Shown piece by piece: positions 24,922-33,623 of a stretch of DNA of 41,414 bases. The stretch's first letter is position 1, and the number at the start of each line of letters is the position of its first letter. The stretch comes from an uncultured bacterium (GTDB lineage: Bacteria > Patescibacteriota > Saccharimonadia > CAILAD01 > BJGX01), in the NCBI GenBank assembly GCA_903832035.1, contig CAILAD010000012.1:1-41414 (forward strand), read 5' to 3'. Below the pieces are notes generated by a model that was not told the DNA's origin, did no database searches, and was given only the letters and a program-made list of their open reading frames with translations. The position numbers and the translations under genes are program-made.

Positions 24922-26883
24922 ATGGTTTTGATTATATGCATATGTATATATAGTATAAATATGTATTCACACCTAAGACTCGAGAGAAAGATTGCCAGAC
25001 TCAAACCTAACGTAATTACCGTAGATATATTCGATACGGTACTGTTAAGGAAGTGGCGCCCTGAGTCCTGGAGATTTTACTGCCTTGCCACCTTAATGAC
25101 TACTGAGCTCGCTAAATATGATATCAAAACTAGCCCCCTGTTCTTATATTCACAAAGGTTAGAATCCAGCAGTATTTTAAAGTCATATAATGCCATAAGT
25201 GGTAAAGACTATGAGGCAAGGCATGCATCAATTATTGAAAACATGGTGTCAGAGCTCGAAAGAAGAAAAAATACTAAACTATCCAAATCTAGAAAGAGTC
25301 GGCTATTGAATTCATTGCTAAAAATAGAACTTAGCTATGAGTTAAGTCAGCTGCAAGTGAACAAAAAACTGATTAGGATACTCCGAGATAATAAGTCTAG
25401 TGGTCAAAAGATATACTTTATCTCGGATATGTATTTCGAATATAAAGAACTATCAACCCTATTACGTGCCAAGGGTATAGATATTTTTAATGGAGGGATT
25501 AGTTCTTCTGATAAGCTGGTGGGTAAATACAGCGGCCGTTCATTTCTAGAGCTTCAAAAAAAACATACTAATATATCCTTAATTGATAGCCTTCATATTG
25601 GCGATAATAAACAATCAGACCTTATCATACCGTCTAAACACGGAATGTCTGCGCATCACCTTTATATGACAAGGCACCGCGCAAAACTATTTATTGGTAA
25701 GCTAATTTTTGGGCTACTGCTAAAAGTAAGGTTAAAGATTACACGATTAAAGCAACGAAGTGAGTTTATTAAAGTTTTAAATGAAAAAGATAATGAGGAT
25801 TTTGTAGCCTGGCTACTGGGTCCAGCCATAATTCATTACCTAGGTACATTGCGCGATAAATCATTATCAAAAAACAAGACAGTAGTTTTTATATCGGGCG
25901 AAAGCAACGCACTTATGGGCATATATAGATTTATGGGGTATGAAAACGCTAAGAAATTACCCTATATCAATAGGGCATCTCTACTACGATCATATGCTGC
26001 CATACTAAATAAAAAGGGTATTAAACTGAGTAATATTCTGCCATTAGCTGATAAGGCCTTTCGTAGAAAGAGTGTCTCTTATGCACTTAAGGTGCTAGGG
26101 GTTGTGGACATAAATAGCAATCAAACAGAATTACTTAGCGATAGTTACGATAGTAGATATCAAATAGACAAACAAGACTATGAAAAAGCCAAGCGACTTT
26201 GGTCAATCGAACTTAAAAAGACACTGGCTCAATGGAAATCACTGAGGCTGAACAATAAACCCGTAATACTTGCTGATGTGGGGTGGAGCTGTTCTCTGCA
26301 AATACTGCTAGAAGAAATACTGCTTCAATCTGGTTTAAATAATAAGCTTGAATCAATATTTATAGGTAGGACTTCACATAATGCCTTTAGTGATGATATC
26401 AGTCCGGAGTCTGAGGGTATAATATTCAATTCACTCAAGCAAAAGGGTGCAAAATATCTATTTCAGCCAGAAGTCTGGGAGAGTTTTTTGAATACCGATA
26501 ACCTAGGCAGCCCAATTAGAGAAAGCATACTAAAACATATTGAGGAGCTAGTAAAATATACCCATGTAAATGATATTCACTATAAAGACATATTTACTTA
26601 TAGCAACAAAAGACTTAATAAATTCATGAAGCGGCCACCCAGAAAGATAATCCGACTACTGTCAGGGCTAAATTTTTATTACGCAACGCATGACGAAAAA
26701 ATCCATCCAATGGTAGATATGTCCTACCGGACAAGGTCGGTCTGGAAATGGCTACTAGTTGATCGTGACCGGTTTAGAGAGATTTATACTAATCAGGCCT
26801 GGAAGTGGGGTGTGGCTACAAATTATCATTTCCGGATAATTTACAGATTCTGGAGACTCAAGAGCAAAAAACATAGCTTCTAA
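24922..26883 (+). CDS. Large HAD-like hydrolase fusion protein (N-terminal HAD-like region plus about 400 aa of unknown domain)
   Basis: VITVDIFDTVLLRKW (motif-I-like), IYFISDMY and HIGDNKQSD (GDxxxxD-like). The C-terminal 400 aa are unrecognised. The likely start is ATG 24961. The sequence is AT-rich: 21/60 G+C at 25301-25360. Confidence 0.6.
   Translation: MVLIICICIYSINMYSHLRLERKIARLKPNVITVDIFDTVLLRKWRPESWRFYCLATLMTTELAKYDIKTSPLFLYSQRLESSSILKSYNAISGKDYEARHASIIENMVSELERRKNTKLSKSRKSRLLNSLLKIELSYELSQLQVNKKLIRILRDNKSSGQKIYFISDMYFEYKELSTLLRAKGIDIFNGGISSSDKLVGKYSGRSFLELQKKHTNISLIDSLHIGDNKQSDLIIPSKHGMSAHHLYMTRHRAKLFIGKLIFGLLLKVRLKITRLKQRSEFIKVLNEKDNEDFVAWLLGPAIIHYLGTLRDKSLSKNKTVVFISGESNALMGIYRFMGYENAKKLPYINRASLLRSYAAILNKKGIKLSNILPLADKAFRRKSVSYALKVLGVVDINSNQTELLSDSYDSRYQIDKQDYEKAKRLWSIELKKTLAQWKSLRLNNKPVILADVGWSCSLQILLEEILLQSGLNNKLESIFIGRTSHNAFSDDISPESEGIIFNSLKQKGAKYLFQPEVWESFLNTDNLGSPIRESILKHIEELVKYTHVNDIHYKDIFTYSNKRLNKFMKRPPRKIIRLLSGLNFYYATHDEKIHPMVDMSYRTRSVWKWLLVDRDRFREIYTNQAWKWGVATNYHFRIIYRFWRLKSKKHSF
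24949..24954 (+). promoter_or_regulatory. -10 box (TATAGT) 6 nt upstream of ATG 24961; candidate leaderless promoter
   Basis: Sequence is TATAGTataaatATG. Confidence 0.35.
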
Positions 26884-27743
26884 AGATCTTTGATGTTAAA
26901 GCCTAGCTGCCTGTAAAGATCGATTAACGAGGGTGTTTCAAGGATAATTTTCATATACTTCGCATGCATTATTTTAGCTTTTGAAGTATTGATAATCTTA
27001 CTAGTTAGTCTTATGGGGTTAACATCAAAATATTTCTGGCCGAGTTTTTTATTACGGATAGATATTCTGTCTATGTCGAAGGTGCCTATGTATGCTCCTG
27101 GGTTTCCGCCTATCGCGTGGAGGGGCTGCTTCTTGCTATTAACCATTCTTTTTTCATACTTTAGGTTCAGGAAGTTTGTTATTTTTCTTAAAATTTTTTC
27201 TGGATTAGCAACAAAGTCCTCGTGTCTTATAACTAAAGTTGGTAGGCCATACAAATTAACTAGTGAAAAGATATTAAAATAAGTATCCCTCCAAACAGTA
27301 GCCTCGTGCTCCATATTACCAATACCCCTGTCTGAGCAGCTACTTAAGTAACTGGTGGGATTTTTAGCCAGTATTATAGCTCTAATTCCTGAGATGTCTT
27401 CTCTTTGTTTTAATACATGCTCCAACCATCTGGCATGCTTACTACCGTCTATAAGCACGGGCTTATTATAGGCTTTCCTAAGTCTAAGGTAGCTTTCGGC
27501 TGGACTATAGTTGTTGGTACCTTTTAAAAAATTATCTGTAAATATAGAGCACGATTTGCCATCGATATGGCAGTACATGCAGCCGTCTGGCGAATTATAA
27601 AATCTATGCAAATCATAGTACCCCTGGGCTCGAGATAACTCTCCGACATAGGCTATTTTACTATGCATATTTAGCGCTTCGCCCAATATAGTGGAGCCTG
27701 TATAGGCGGTGCCTAATATGTAACACTCTATTTTTTGATTCAT
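26880..27743 (-). CDS. Sulfotransferase-family protein (putative)
   Basis: The N-terminal ILGTAYTGSTILG resembles the PAPS 5'-phosphosulfate loop. AIILAKNPTSYLSS resembles the 3'-phosphate block. VIRHEDFVANPEKILRKITNFLNL resembles the conserved YEDL..dP....FLg block. Confidence 0.55.
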   Translation of the reverse strand: MNQKIECYILGTAYTGSTILGEALNMHSKIAYVGELSRAQGYYDLHRFYNSPDGCMYCHIDGKSCSIFTDNFLKGTNNYSPAESYLRLRKAYNKPVLIDGSKHARWLEHVLKQREDISGIRAIILAKNPTSYLSSCSDRGIGNMEHEATVWRDTYFNIFSLVNLYGLPTLVIRHEDFVANPEKILRKITNFLNLKYEKRMVNSKKQPLHAIGGNPGAYIGTFDIDRISIRNKKLGQKYFDVNPIRLTSKIINTSKAKIMHAKYMKIILETPSLIDLYRQLGFNIKDL

Positions 27744-27749
27744 TACATA

Positions 27750-27778
27750 AGTCTAGTCAGACTTAACTTTCAAATCAA
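27750..27778 (-). promoter_or_regulatory. TTGATT-17-TAGACT promoter, with the -10 6 nt upstream of the sulfotransferase ATG
   Basis: Reverse strand reads TTGATTtgaaagttaagtctgacTAGACTtatgtaATG. Confidence 0.35.
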
Positions 27779-27790
27779 CCCTATTTATAT

Positions 27791-29002
27791 TTATTTCCAA
27801 GTCCAGGTAGAAGCAAGAGTGTCGCTAGCCTTTTTTGAGGCATCATCGCTATAGGTTGTCGATATCAAAAATCCATTCACAGCCGTACCGCTGGATTGGT
27901 AATTTTTACCTGGTGTTAGGACTGCTATGACTTGCTGATCTACACCAGCTACATTCATGACGACTTTTTTGGCATCTAGTCCGTTAAGCTTTATATCGCT
28001 TTGGGTCGATATTGTGCCGTTATAAGTTGTCTTTGCCTTATCAACCAAGGCTTGAAGGTCTGTAGTGGCATCGGTTACGGGATCCACGAGTAAGCTATAT
28101 TGAGAGGTTGCGCCGAATTTTGCACCCATCTTACAGATAGTTTTTTGGAAATCTACTGTTGTTGGCAGTAGTACGCCGAATGAAAAACAATCTCTAGTCA
28201 CTTGCTGGTAGCCATCAGGTATGACCGCAGGCGCTGTGGTGGTACTAGTGGAAGCCTGTTGATTCTGGTCGACGGTTTGGTTATTAAGATTAACAGATGT
28301 TTTATTAGCGTTTCGACTGTAAAATAGTGCAACCAGGCTAGCAATAACTACAATTGCTATAACAACCACTGCGATGATAATAAATTTCAAAGGTCCACTT
28401 TTCTTCTTGCTCTGCTGAAGGGCTAGGTTGTTGGCCATGGCATTATTGCTGACACCAAAGTCGACTGGAATCGAGCCAAGCGAGTTATCTTGGTAGGGTG
28501 CAGCGCTAGTAGCTTGTGGCTCTGGCTGAACGGGAATACCAGGTTGCATATCACCGGGCTGAGTGTAGGGTAAGGGCTGATCGGTGGGGCTTGCTTGAGG
28601 ATTAGTCTGCTGATAATTAGGCTGGTTACTAAGGTCTAGTGTATTTGAAGTAATTGGAGCTGGTTGTGAAGCCGGTTGGGGCTGAATTGGAGCAGGGGTA
28701 GTAGGCGGAGTGTAGACATCTTGTGGCGGGGCGGCGGAGGGTGGGGACATACTCTCTAGGGGATTACCTGTTAGGACCGGTGATGCAGTCGGCTGAGGTG
28801 CAGGAGTTGTTGGGTAAGCATTAGGCAGCTCGGGTGTTTGCATCTCTGCAGCAGGCGTAAACGTCGAACCTGCCAGTGGCGCTGTCTGGGCGGGCTGAAT
28901 TGGCGGCTGCCCTGTAGTAGGTGCCGGCTGAGCAACAGACCCCCCTGCTATGTTGTTGTCAGTACCTGGTATTGGAAATGTATTGTCTTGTGGATCTTGC
29001 AT
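27791..29002 (-). CDS. Single-pass membrane protein with a 190-aa P/Q/T/A-rich N-terminal region and a C-terminal extracytoplasmic domain
   Basis: Low-complexity N-terminus, then KKKSGP followed by the TM span LKFIIIAVVVIAIVVIASLVALFY, then a 180-aa domain with two Cys residues. Confidence 0.65.
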   Translation of the reverse strand: MQDPQDNTFPIPGTDNNIAGGSVAQPAPTTGQPPIQPAQTAPLAGSTFTPAAEMQTPELPNAYPTTPAPQPTASPVLTGNPLESMSPPSAAPPQDVYTPPTTPAPIQPQPASQPAPITSNTLDLSNQPNYQQTNPQASPTDQPLPYTQPGDMQPGIPVQPEPQATSAAPYQDNSLGSIPVDFGVSNNAMANNLALQQSKKKSGPLKFIIIAVVVIAIVVIASLVALFYSRNANKTSVNLNNQTVDQNQQASTSTTTAPAVIPDGYQQVTRDCFSFGVLLPTTVDFQKTICKMGAKFGATSQYSLLVDPVTDATTDLQALVDKAKTTYNGTISTQSDIKLNGLDAKKVVMNVAGVDQQVIAVLTPGKNYQSSGTAVNGFLISTTYSDDASKKASDTLASTWTWK

Positions 29003-29083
29003 ATTTATAAAGTTTAATTAAATTATATCAACCATTTAATAATATGGCTATGCTTATTTATAAATGTGTTTTGGCTGCAGCAG

Positions 29084-29092
29084 TGGTAAAAT
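29084..29092 (+). promoter_or_regulatory. Extended -10 (TGgTAAAAT) 6 nt upstream of the Mur-ligase ATG; candidate leaderless promoter
   Basis: Sequence is TGgTAAAATgtaaaaATG. Confidence 0.45.
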
Positions 29093-29098
29093 GTAAAA

Positions 29099-30406
29099 AT
29101 GAAAAGAATTAAAAAATTAGTTCCAAAAACCTTAATAGACAGCTACCACTATCCCGAGGCCCTACTCTCCTCTAGGAAATATGGTAATCCATCAGCAGGT
29201 ATGATTATTATTGGTGTCGTCGGAAGCAAAGGTAAAACCACAACGGCCAATATGTTGTGGTCAATACTAGATGCAGCTGGATACAAAACAGGCCAGATAG
29301 GCACTGCAAACATCAGGATTGGCCAATTCGAAGAGCTAAATAAATGGCACATGACCATGCCGGGTACAAAAATATTACAAAACATACTGAGCAAGATGAA
29401 TAAGGCTGGTTGTAGATATGTCGTAATGGAAGTGCCGTCCGAGGGGCAGACTCAATGGCGACACATTGGCATAAACTTCGACATGCTTATATTTACAAAT
29501 GTTGAGCGCGAAATCCTAGCGGCCCATGGTGGTAGTATGGACATCTTACACAGGCACAATAGGAGAGTTTTTGACTATTTATCCAAGGGAGCCATCAAAA
29601 CTGTCGGCGGCAAGACAGTTCACAAGCAGATAGTATATAACTCTGACCGACCTGAGAGCAAAAGATATATTGATTATAAAAACGTTGAGCTAACAAACTT
29701 TGGCTACCAAGCAAATGACTTTAAACTAGTATCTTCCTCTGCCGACGAGGATGGAACCAACCTTACTGTAAACAATATGAAATTTCATATTAATTTAGTG
29801 GGCAAGATTAACGCCTTAAATGCTACCGGAGCTATAGCTGCCGCCCAATCACTGGGTGTGGATATAGACAAGATTAAGGTTGGCTTAGATAAACTTAAGA
29901 CCATTCCGGGCAGGATGGAAAAAATTGACATGGGCCAGAACTTTACGGTGTTTGTGGATTACGCCCACGATCCTGCCGGCATGACCGAACTCATGGAGAC
30001 CGGAAAAGAACTACAAAAAAACAAGGGTCGACTAATAGTCTTATTTGGAGGTCAGGGTGGCGGAAGAGATATCGAAAAAAGACAGGTCCTAGGAAATATT
30101 ACTGGCAAAGCCGCTGATATCGTTATTATTAGCGATGACGATCCATACGATGACGATCCTCTGGCGATAATTGAGGATATCGCTAAGGGCGCAAGGGCAG
30201 CAGGCAAAAAAGAAGATAAAGACCTTTACCTAATTGCAGATAGACGTGATGGAATAAGAAAGGCTCTAGAGATAGCCCGTAAGGGAGACATAGTCTTCAT
30301 TGCCTGCAAGGGGGCTGATCAACTAATGATGCTAGCTGATGGAAGATCTATACCTTGGGATGATAGAAAAGTTACTAGCGAAGAGCTAAGGAAAATATTG
30401 GGCTAA
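29099..30406 (+). CDS. Mur ligase family protein, MurE-like but lacking the N-terminal UDP-binding domain
   Basis: P-loop GVVGSKGKTTTANM, MEVPSEG (compare EVSSH), VDYAHDPAGM, DDDPYDDDP (compare DNPRxEDP) and IACKGADQ (compare GKGHE). Confidence 0.75.
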   Translation: MKRIKKLVPKTLIDSYHYPEALLSSRKYGNPSAGMIIIGVVGSKGKTTTANMLWSILDAAGYKTGQIGTANIRIGQFEELNKWHMTMPGTKILQNILSKMNKAGCRYVVMEVPSEGQTQWRHIGINFDMLIFTNVEREILAAHGGSMDILHRHNRRVFDYLSKGAIKTVGGKTVHKQIVYNSDRPESKRYIDYKNVELTNFGYQANDFKLVSSSADEDGTNLTVNNMKFHINLVGKINALNATGAIAAAQSLGVDIDKIKVGLDKLKTIPGRMEKIDMGQNFTVFVDYAHDPAGMTELMETGKELQKNKGRLIVLFGGQGGGRDIEKRQVLGNITGKAADIVIISDDDPYDDDPLAIIEDIAKGARAAGKKEDKDLYLIADRRDGIRKALEIARKGDIVFIACKGADQLMMLADGRSIPWDDRKVTSEELRKILG

Positions 30407-31272
30407 TTTTTAGCTAGTTCTTTTACTGCAACAGGACAAAGGCCAGCGTACTTAGAGTCACAGCCCTTGCAACAAATAAAGAGTTGGTGGCAGTCTGGCT
30501 TAGCGCAGTCGATATACCTATCGCTTGACTCACTACAGTGAGCGCATTTACCTAGTACTTTTTTACCGCTTTCAGTATCAGTATTTGTAACCATACGATC
30601 ATCGAAAACGAAATTCTTACCCACGAAATGTCCATCCGGGTACTTTTCTAGATATTTTACAATTCCACCCTCTAGCTGGTAGACGTCACTAAATCCTTCT
30701 TCTGCAAGTAGGGCTGTAGCTTTTTCACAGCGGATACCACCCGTACAGTAAGTTACTACCTTTTTATCTTTATCTATTTTGAGATTCTTTATTTTTTCCG
30801 GTAGCTCATAAAATTTGACGGTATCTGGTTGAATTGCACCTCTAAATCTACCTACCTCGAATTCATAATTATTACGCATATCTACCACAACCATGTCTTC
30901 ACCTTTTTCAAAAAGTTCATGCATCTGTTCTGGCTTGAGGTATTTGCCAGTTTTTTTAAGATCTACCTTTTTACCCAAAGTAACAATCTCGTCTCGGTAT
31001 TTAACTATCATCTTCGGGAATGGCATCCTTGCAGCTGATGATCTCTTGAAAATGATGTTTCCAAAAATTGGGTGTGAATCCATATAGTCTGTGTACTGTT
31101 TTAACTGGGCTCTAGTTCCGGCCACCGTACCGTTTATACCCTCTTCTCCAATTAGAATACGACCCTTAAGGCCGATACCATTACAAACTAGCTTATGCTG
31201 AATAGCTTCGAACTTAGAATTAGGAACTTCGGTAAATTTATAATAAAGTAATACGAAAATGTTTGAACTCAT
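30403..31272 (-). CDS. trhO: Rhodanese-domain tRNA uridine(34) hydroxylase TrhO (YceA/UPF0176)
   Basis: Active-site loop YCTGGIRCEKA, an N-terminal UPF0176 fold and a C-terminal Cys cluster. A TATAAT box at 31282-31287 lies 9 nt before the ATG. Confidence 0.85.
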   Translation of the reverse strand: MSSNIFVLLYYKFTEVPNSKFEAIQHKLVCNGIGLKGRILIGEEGINGTVAGTRAQLKQYTDYMDSHPIFGNIIFKRSSAARMPFPKMIVKYRDEIVTLGKKVDLKKTGKYLKPEQMHELFEKGEDMVVVDMRNNYEFEVGRFRGAIQPDTVKFYELPEKIKNLKIDKDKKVVTYCTGGIRCEKATALLAEEGFSDVYQLEGGIVKYLEKYPDGHFVGKNFVFDDRMVTNTDTESGKKVLGKCAHCSESSDRYIDCAKPDCHQLFICCKGCDSKYAGLCPVAVKELAKN

Positions 31273-31404
31273 AATAAGTGGATTATACCTGATAAATAGC
31301 TATTTTCCAACATCTTAAACCACAATTATCTACTAGCTTATGCTTGAGATAACACAAGATAGATGATATAAAGATGAGCGACGTCCACAACTCAGGAAGA
31401 GGTT

Positions 31405-32157
31405 ATGACGAGTACATCAAAGTACAAGAGAGTGTTATTAAAACTGTCTGGCGAAGCACAGGGTAATACCTATCGCCTAGAAGATGGCACTTCGCTAGTA
31501 GCCGGCTTTAATATCGAAAAAATGCGTTCCGAAGCTAGAGAAATTAAAGAAGTTATCTCCGAGCTAAAGGTTGAAATGGCTATCGTAATCGGTGGTGGCA
31601 ATATCTTTCGCGGTAAAGATGCCCGGGGTATTGATAAAAACACTGCAGATTACATGGGCATGCTCGCAACAGTCCAAAATGCGATGGCTTTCGAAGATAT
31701 TCTTGTCCAAGAAGGCATTCCTGCAGCAATGAATTCTTCTATTAGGATCGAAGAGGTTGCAGAGCCCTACCTCTACAAGAAAGCTAAGCATCGCCTCGAA
31801 AGAGGCCAAGTAGTGATCTGTGCTGGAGGACTTGGTGAACCTGGCTTTACCACCGATACAGCCTCAGCGCAAAGAGCAATGAACTTGGATTGCCAAGCTA
31901 TTTTAATGGCCAAACAAGGTACCGACGGTATTTATACTGGTGACCCCAACAAAAACCCTGATGCTACTAAGTTCGATGAGATGACACATCTCGACATTAT
32001 CGAGCGAGGCCTAAAGGTTATTGATGCAACAGCGGCTACCCATGCGAAAGAACATTCTATCGATATTGTTGTTTATGATGGAAATCAGCCGGGTATGCTA
32101 GCCAAGGTGCTGTGCGAGCCAGACGTCTATGGCACCCTAGTCCGAACTAAGACTTAA
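31405..32157 (+). CDS. pyrH: UMP kinase
   Basis: YKRVLLKLSGEA, GGGNIFRG and DYMGMLATVQNA blocks. The SD GGAAGAGG precedes the start. Confidence 0.93.
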   Translation: MTSTSKYKRVLLKLSGEAQGNTYRLEDGTSLVAGFNIEKMRSEAREIKEVISELKVEMAIVIGGGNIFRGKDARGIDKNTADYMGMLATVQNAMAFEDILVQEGIPAAMNSSIRIEEVAEPYLYKKAKHRLERGQVVICAGGLGEPGFTTDTASAQRAMNLDCQAILMAKQGTDGIYTGDPNKNPDATKFDEMTHLDIIERGLKVIDATAATHAKEHSIDIVVYDGNQPGMLAKVLCEPDVYGTLVRTKT

Positions 32158-32163
32158 TATAGT

Positions 32164-32193
32164 ACCCATTTCTAAAATAGAAATGGGTTTTTT
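32164..32193. terminator. Terminator after pyrH, shared with the convergent 32192 ORF
   Basis: 10-bp stem ACCCATTTCT-aaaat-AGAAATGGGT followed by TTTTT. Confidence 0.8.
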
Positions 32194-32662
32194 ATTTTGC
32201 TAAAGCCACAATCTCAGACATATCCTCTGACCCAGACCATCTATTAACCATATCACCACTGGGGTCTACCTGAACAAAAGTATCTTCAAACGGAACGCTG
32301 TATTTTTTTTTCAGGGCGTAATTCTTATCATAATCAACACTCATTATTGTGAAGTTGCTAGGCAGCTTAGAAACATTCGATTTAAGGGCCTGGTCAAGTT
32401 GCTTACAAGTACTGCTCCACTTAGCATTGAAAAATAACACAACCTTACCATCACTGGCCTGGGCAAGCACGGCTGGGTCATATGCTACGTAACTACCGGG
32501 TCTCTTGCTTACTTCTTTCTGTGGGGATGCAACTGTCTGAGAACCCTGCGCCGCAGCTGGGGTTACTGCTTTAGACCTGTGCAACTTCTTATATAAAAGT
32601 AGGCCGCCAGCTGATGCAATGATAAATAAAATAATTAATACTATTACTACTTTCTTTTTCAA
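32192..32662 (-). CDS. Membrane-anchored thioredoxin-fold protein with WSSTC in place of WCxxC
   Basis: An N-terminal anchor is followed by VVLFFNAKWSSTCKQLDQAL. TTG start. Confidence 0.5.
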   Translation of the reverse strand: MKKKVVIVLIILFIIASAGGLLLYKKLHRSKAVTPAAAQGSQTVASPQKEVSKRPGSYVAYDPAVLAQASDGKVVLFFNAKWSSTCKQLDQALKSNVSKLPSNFTIMSVDYDKNYALKKKYSVPFEDTFVQVDPSGDMVNRWSGSEDMSEIVALAK

Positions 32663-32670
32663 CTAAGAAG

Positions 32671-33117
32671 TTACTTTCTGCCGAGTCGGGCGGTTAGTAG
32701 TACTTTTAAAAGCACTATAAAAATCAATATAGCCACTAGCCAGACGTCTAGTGTTTTTGTAAGAAACTGAATTACTACTGCTAGCGCCAATACACTTACA
32801 ACAGATAGATAGACAAATCTTTCCATAAGCGGCATCGCTGGATGGTCTTTTTGCTTTTTTAACCTACGCCAGTGCGTGACTACAAAAGCCAATATCGATA
32901 GCACAAATATCGCGAGCAGTACGGACTGGAATGAGACTGTTGCTGAGGAATATATCGGCACCATAAAAAATAGCCCCATTGCAAAAATTATTAAAGCAAT
33001 AAGAACTTCACTTCCAAGTCTATGTTCTGTAAAAACATCTTCCTCAGAAATATCAGATGGTGCTGCATTAGTGTGTCTTTTTATTGACTCATGTTTTTTG
33101 TGACTAGTTTTGCTCAT
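32671..33117 (-). CDS. 4-TM membrane protein, hypothetical
   Basis: Four hydrophobic spans and a basic N-terminus. Confidence 0.5.
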   Translation of the reverse strand: MSKTSHKKHESIKRHTNAAPSDISEEDVFTEHRLGSEVLIALIIFAMGLFFMVPIYSSATVSFQSVLLAIFVLSILAFVVTHWRRLKKQKDHPAMPLMERFVYLSVVSVLALAVVIQFLTKTLDVWLVAILIFIVLLKVLLTARLGRK

Positions 33118-33123
33118 AACTAA

Positions 33124-33132
33124 ATTGTATCA
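33124..33132 (-). promoter_or_regulatory. Extended -10 (TGaTACAAT) 6 nt upstream of ATG 33117; candidate leaderless promoter
   Basis: Reverse strand reads gTGaTACAATttagttATG. Confidence 0.45.
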
Positions 33133-33149
33133 CAATCTATAAAGAATCA

Positions 33150-33182
33150 TTTTATATAAAATTACCCACCTAGTGGTGGGTA
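33150..33182 (-). terminator. Intrinsic terminator after the 33185-33577 ORF
   Basis: 8-bp stem TACCCACC-tagt-GGTGGGTA. The minus-strand RNA continues AUUUUAUAU. Confidence 0.65.
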
Positions 33183-33184
33183 TA

Positions 33185-33577
33185 TTAGTTGGCCAAACTC
33201 AAGCCATGGTGGGCTAACTTAGACTTTATTTCTTCAACTGCTTTAATGCCAATCCCAGCATACTTCTTTAGATCATCTTCAGATTTACTGCAAAGATCAT
33301 AGATCGTACTGATACGCATATCTGGATCGACTTTAAGAACTCCGTTTTGAGTCCTTCTTGGCAACATCAAGCAATTAACTATCTTGTTATTTATACCAAT
33401 AGACATAATATCTGATGTGATATTAATCTGTGTGGCGTGAGCTTCTTGTTCAGGGATCGGTTGGAAATCTGCACTAATTAAACTTAGAAAGCCGTTCCGG
33501 CTCTCCTGCAAATCATTAATCTTGTTAATGGCTCCAAGCACACCTTCATCTACGACTAAGATAATTTTCGTATACAT
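33185..33577 (-). CDS. Stand-alone protein with an RpoA alpha-CTD-like helix-hairpin-helix C-terminus
   Basis: INNKIVNCLML...ISTIYDLCSKSEDDLKKYAGIGIKAVEEIKSKLAHHGLSL parallels the alpha-CTD pattern LsvRs.NcLk...i.tv.dL....e.eL.ki.nfGkKSl.EI...L...GL.L. The SD AAAGG precedes the start. It lies downstream of dus. Confidence 0.4.
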   Translation of the reverse strand: MYTKIILVVDEGVLGAINKINDLQESRNGFLSLISADFQPIPEQEAHATQINITSDIMSIGINNKIVNCLMLPRRTQNGVLKVDPDMRISTIYDLCSKSEDDLKKYAGIGIKAVEEIKSKLAHHGLSLAN

Positions 33578-33623
33578 TTCAACCTTTCGGTAGGTACAAT
33601 TTCAGAATGATATACTACTGCTT

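Noticed and set aside
28440-29002. Repetitive-looking DNA that might have been a tandem repeat or CRISPR-like array.
   Set aside because: The periodicity is irregular and is explained by P/Q/T/A-rich coding sequence. There are no repeat-spacer units anywhere in the window.
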